Origin: Deltaproteobacteria bacterium
GTDB taxonomy: Bacteria; Desulfobacterota; Deferrimicrobia; Deferrimicrobiales; Deferrimicrobiaceae
NCBI GenBank assembly: GCA_003105225.1
Contig: PQAK01000147.1
Location: 1-44,762 of the forward strand
Reading direction: 5' to 3'
DNA length: 44,762 nucleotides
Every line of letters starts with the position of its first letter. The stretch's first letter is position 1. The notes below the pieces were generated by a model. It was not told the DNA's origin, ran no database searches, and saw only the letters and a program-made list of their open reading frames with translations. The position numbers were made by a program, and so were the translations under genes. Shown piece after piece: positions 43,084 to 44,762 of the stretch.

Positions 43084-44430
43084 ATGCAGACGAACCCGAT
43101 GCGAATGTTTCTCGGCAGGCTGGGCGTCGCCCTGGTGACGCTCGCGTTGGGAGCTTCATGCTCCTCGGCGGCGCCGCTCCGGCTGGAAGTCCGGTCGGAA
43201 AACCGGATGGTCCTCATCCCCGGCCCCGGCGACGGCGCCATCCAGGTGCAGGTGATCGCCCCCGACGTTCCGTTTCCGGCAGGGCGGCCGATGGTGAACC
43301 TGGCGCTCGTCATCGACCGCAGCGGTTCGATGGGAGAGGCGCGCAAGCTGGAGGTCGTCAAGACCGCCGCCCATCAGCTGATCGATTTGATGGGGGGAAA
43401 CGACATCCTCTCCGTCGTGGCGTACGACCACCGGGTCAGCGTGCTGTTCCCGGCGCATCGCGTGGACGGCAACCGGGAGGCGCTGCATCGGCTCGTCGAA
43501 AGCCTCTACCCCGGCGGGCAGACCTTTCTCTCCGGCGGACTGGAAGAGGGATTCCGACAGGCGCGATCGGCCCGGCGGAACGGTTATATCAACCGGGTCC
43601 TCCTGCTCTCCGACGGGCTGGCGAACGTGGGGACCGTCAGCCGGGATGCCCTCCAGCGGAGGGCCGCGACGATGGCCGAATACGGGATCTCCCTTTCGAC
43701 GTTCGGCGTCGGGCTCCATTTCGACGAAGAGCTTCTCATGGCGGCCGCAAACGGCGGAGGGGGGAACTACCGCTACCTCGGCGATCCGGAGCGGATCGTG
43801 GCGGCGCTGTCGGCGGAGTTCCACCTGGCATCGCGGACGGCGGCAAGCGACGTGGAGATCATCATCCGGCTGCGGAGGGGGTGCCGATTCGGCTCCGTGG
43901 TGGGGCGCGAATGGCGGCGAGACGGCGATGCCTACGTGATCCGGCTGGGGGACCTTTCGGCGGGAGAACGCCGGACGTTGTTCGCAAACCTCAACGTGTC
44001 CGCGGACAAGCCGGGCCTCCGGGAGGTGGGGGAGGTGGCGCTCCGCTACCGCGACCCGGCATCCGGGAAGCCCGTCACCGGGGCATCGCAGGCCGTGTCC
44101 CTCGAACTGGTCCGCGACGAGGAGCGCTACCGGGAAGGATTCGACCGGTCGGTCCAGGAGAAGAAGGCGGTGGCGCAGTCCAACGCGATGGTGCAGGACG
44201 CCGCGCGGCTGGCCGACCAGGGGAAAAAGGAGGAGGCCCGCGAGATGCTGGGGAAGGCCGCCGCGGGGCTCGCCGCGGCGCCGCCGTCCCCCGCGGTCCG
44301 GGCGGAATTCGAGAAGACCAACGCATACCGGAACCGGCTGGATTCGATGACGGACATGGGCTCGGACGAGGCAAAGGACGCCCAGAAGGCGATCAAGTAC
44401 CGCTCCTACGAAATGCTGTACCGGCAATAA
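43084..44430 (+). CDS. von Willebrand factor type A domain lipoprotein
   Basis: Lipobox LALGASC. MIDAS DRSGSM...SDG in LALVIDRSGSMGE / RVLLLSDGLANVG. Beta-sandwich middle and helical C-terminus. Divergent from the ECF sigma operon. Confidence 0.85.
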   Translation: MQTNPMRMFLGRLGVALVTLALGASCSSAAPLRLEVRSENRMVLIPGPGDGAIQVQVIAPDVPFPAGRPMVNLALVIDRSGSMGEARKLEVVKTAAHQLIDLMGGNDILSVVAYDHRVSVLFPAHRVDGNREALHRLVESLYPGGQTFLSGGLEEGFRQARSARRNGYINRVLLLSDGLANVGTVSRDALQRRAATMAEYGISLSTFGVGLHFDEELLMAAANGGGGNYRYLGDPERIVAALSAEFHLASRTAASDVEIIIRLRRGCRFGSVVGREWRRDGDAYVIRLGDLSAGERRTLFANLNVSADKPGLREVGEVALRYRDPASGKPVTGASQAVSLELVRDEERYREGFDRSVQEKKAVAQSNAMVQDAARLADQGKKEEAREMLGKAAAGLAAAPPSPAVRAEFEKTNAYRNRLDSMTDMGSDEAKDAQKAIKYRSYEMLYRQ

Positions 44431-44448
44431 ACGGCATCGATTCCGGAA

Positions 44449-44483
44449 GGCCGGCACCCTTCGGGGCGCCGGCCGTTTTCTCC
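44449..44483 (+). terminator. Rho-independent terminator
   Basis: GGCCGGCACCC-TTCG-GGGCGCCGGCC followed by GTTTTCTCC, 20 nt after the VWA stop. Confidence 0.65.
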
Positions 44484-44590
44484 CCGTGCGAAACCCCGCC
44501 CCGTGGAATCGTCTCCAAATGGAACAGAAAAACGACATCTCGACCATTCCGTTTTATTTGTGTCGACCAGGCTGAACGAGGGGTGCGGGG

Positions 44591-44762
44591 ATGACCACAG
44601 CTGCGCTGGACGTCGGAAGGGGCGGCGCGGCCGTCCTTACGCTCGAAAGCCCGGATGGGCTGAACCTGTTGGGACCGGCGGACATCGCCCGCCTGATCGA
44701 CCTCGTGGACCGGGCGGCGGGGAACGAGTCGATCCGGGCGCTGATCCTCACGGGGGGAAAGA
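44591..44762 (+). CDS. Enoyl-CoA hydratase/isomerase (crotonase) family protein, N-terminal fragment truncated by the window end
   Basis: Manual translation MTTAALDVGRGGAAVLTLESPDGLNLLGPADIARLIDLVDRAAGNESIRALILTGGK, a typical crotonase N-terminus. Confidence 0.65.
   Translation, partial: MTTAALDVGRGGAAVLTLESPDGLNLLGPADIARLIDLVDRAAGNESIRALILTGGK

Noticed and set aside
1-44762. CRISPR arrays, cas genes, transposases, integrases, reverse transcriptases, toxin-antitoxin pairs and known defence-system genes.
   Set aside because: I scanned the ORF translations and the sequence for regularly spaced direct repeats and for hallmark motifs. None were found. The att-like tRNA repeats have no associated recombinase.

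Overview
GC-rich bacterial chromosomal segment. Its gene content suggests an anaerobic, multiheme-cytochrome-rich lineage, Geobacter/Desulfuromonadota-like; that assignment is inference only. I support about 45 protein genes and 5 tRNAs.

Gene content, left to right:
- A partial DASS anion symporter plus a coupled lipoprotein.
- A four-gene RND efflux operon: adaptor, pump, outer membrane factor, and a DUF3313-like lipoprotein.
- tRNA-Arg(UCG).
- A tungsten-type aldehyde:ferredoxin oxidoreductase coupled to an aldolase-II protein and AmpG.
- infA.
- A minimal SufC/SufBD pair.
- A tRNA-His/Arg/Lys operon.
- Bacterioferritin.
- A Cache histidine kinase with a LuxR-type response regulator.
- A seven-gene respiratory operon: two small paralogous membrane proteins, a c3-type cytochrome, a Tat FeS protein, an NrfD-like protein, a 13-heme cytochrome, and a cytochrome b.
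- A BlaR1-like peptidase pair and an AI-2E transporter.
- tRNA-Arg(UCU), followed by two blocks that each end in a partial copy of that tRNA's 3' half. Block 1 holds a PAS kinase, an MFS remnant, TauE, selD, LysR and an exported truncated globin. Block 2 holds ArsR, a nucleoside-phosphorylase-like protein and a NifS-like desulfurase.
- An ECF sigma / anti-sigma / VWA module.
- A partial crotonase gene.

No CRISPR array, transposase, integrase or recognisable defence genes were seen.

Observations most worth follow-up:
1. Two roughly 170-180 nt symmetric foldbacks (8468-8649 and 40751-40921) share a conserved core but have unrelated closing stems. A third complex GC-rich structured spacer lies at 18850-19186.
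2. selD is a selenoprotein gene: an in-frame TGA at codon 17 truncates it in the ORF track.
3. tRNA-anchored direct repeats suggest fossil, integrase-less islands.
4. A 46-nt duplicated terminator block brackets an AT-richer 0.7 kb islet next to tRNA-Lys.
5. A tandem pair of small membrane proteins with a shared FGWRPxEAYLxGxKNRK tail is translationally coupled to the cytochrome operon.

Many long ORFs in the track are antisense or alternate-frame shadows typical of high-GC DNA and were not called.
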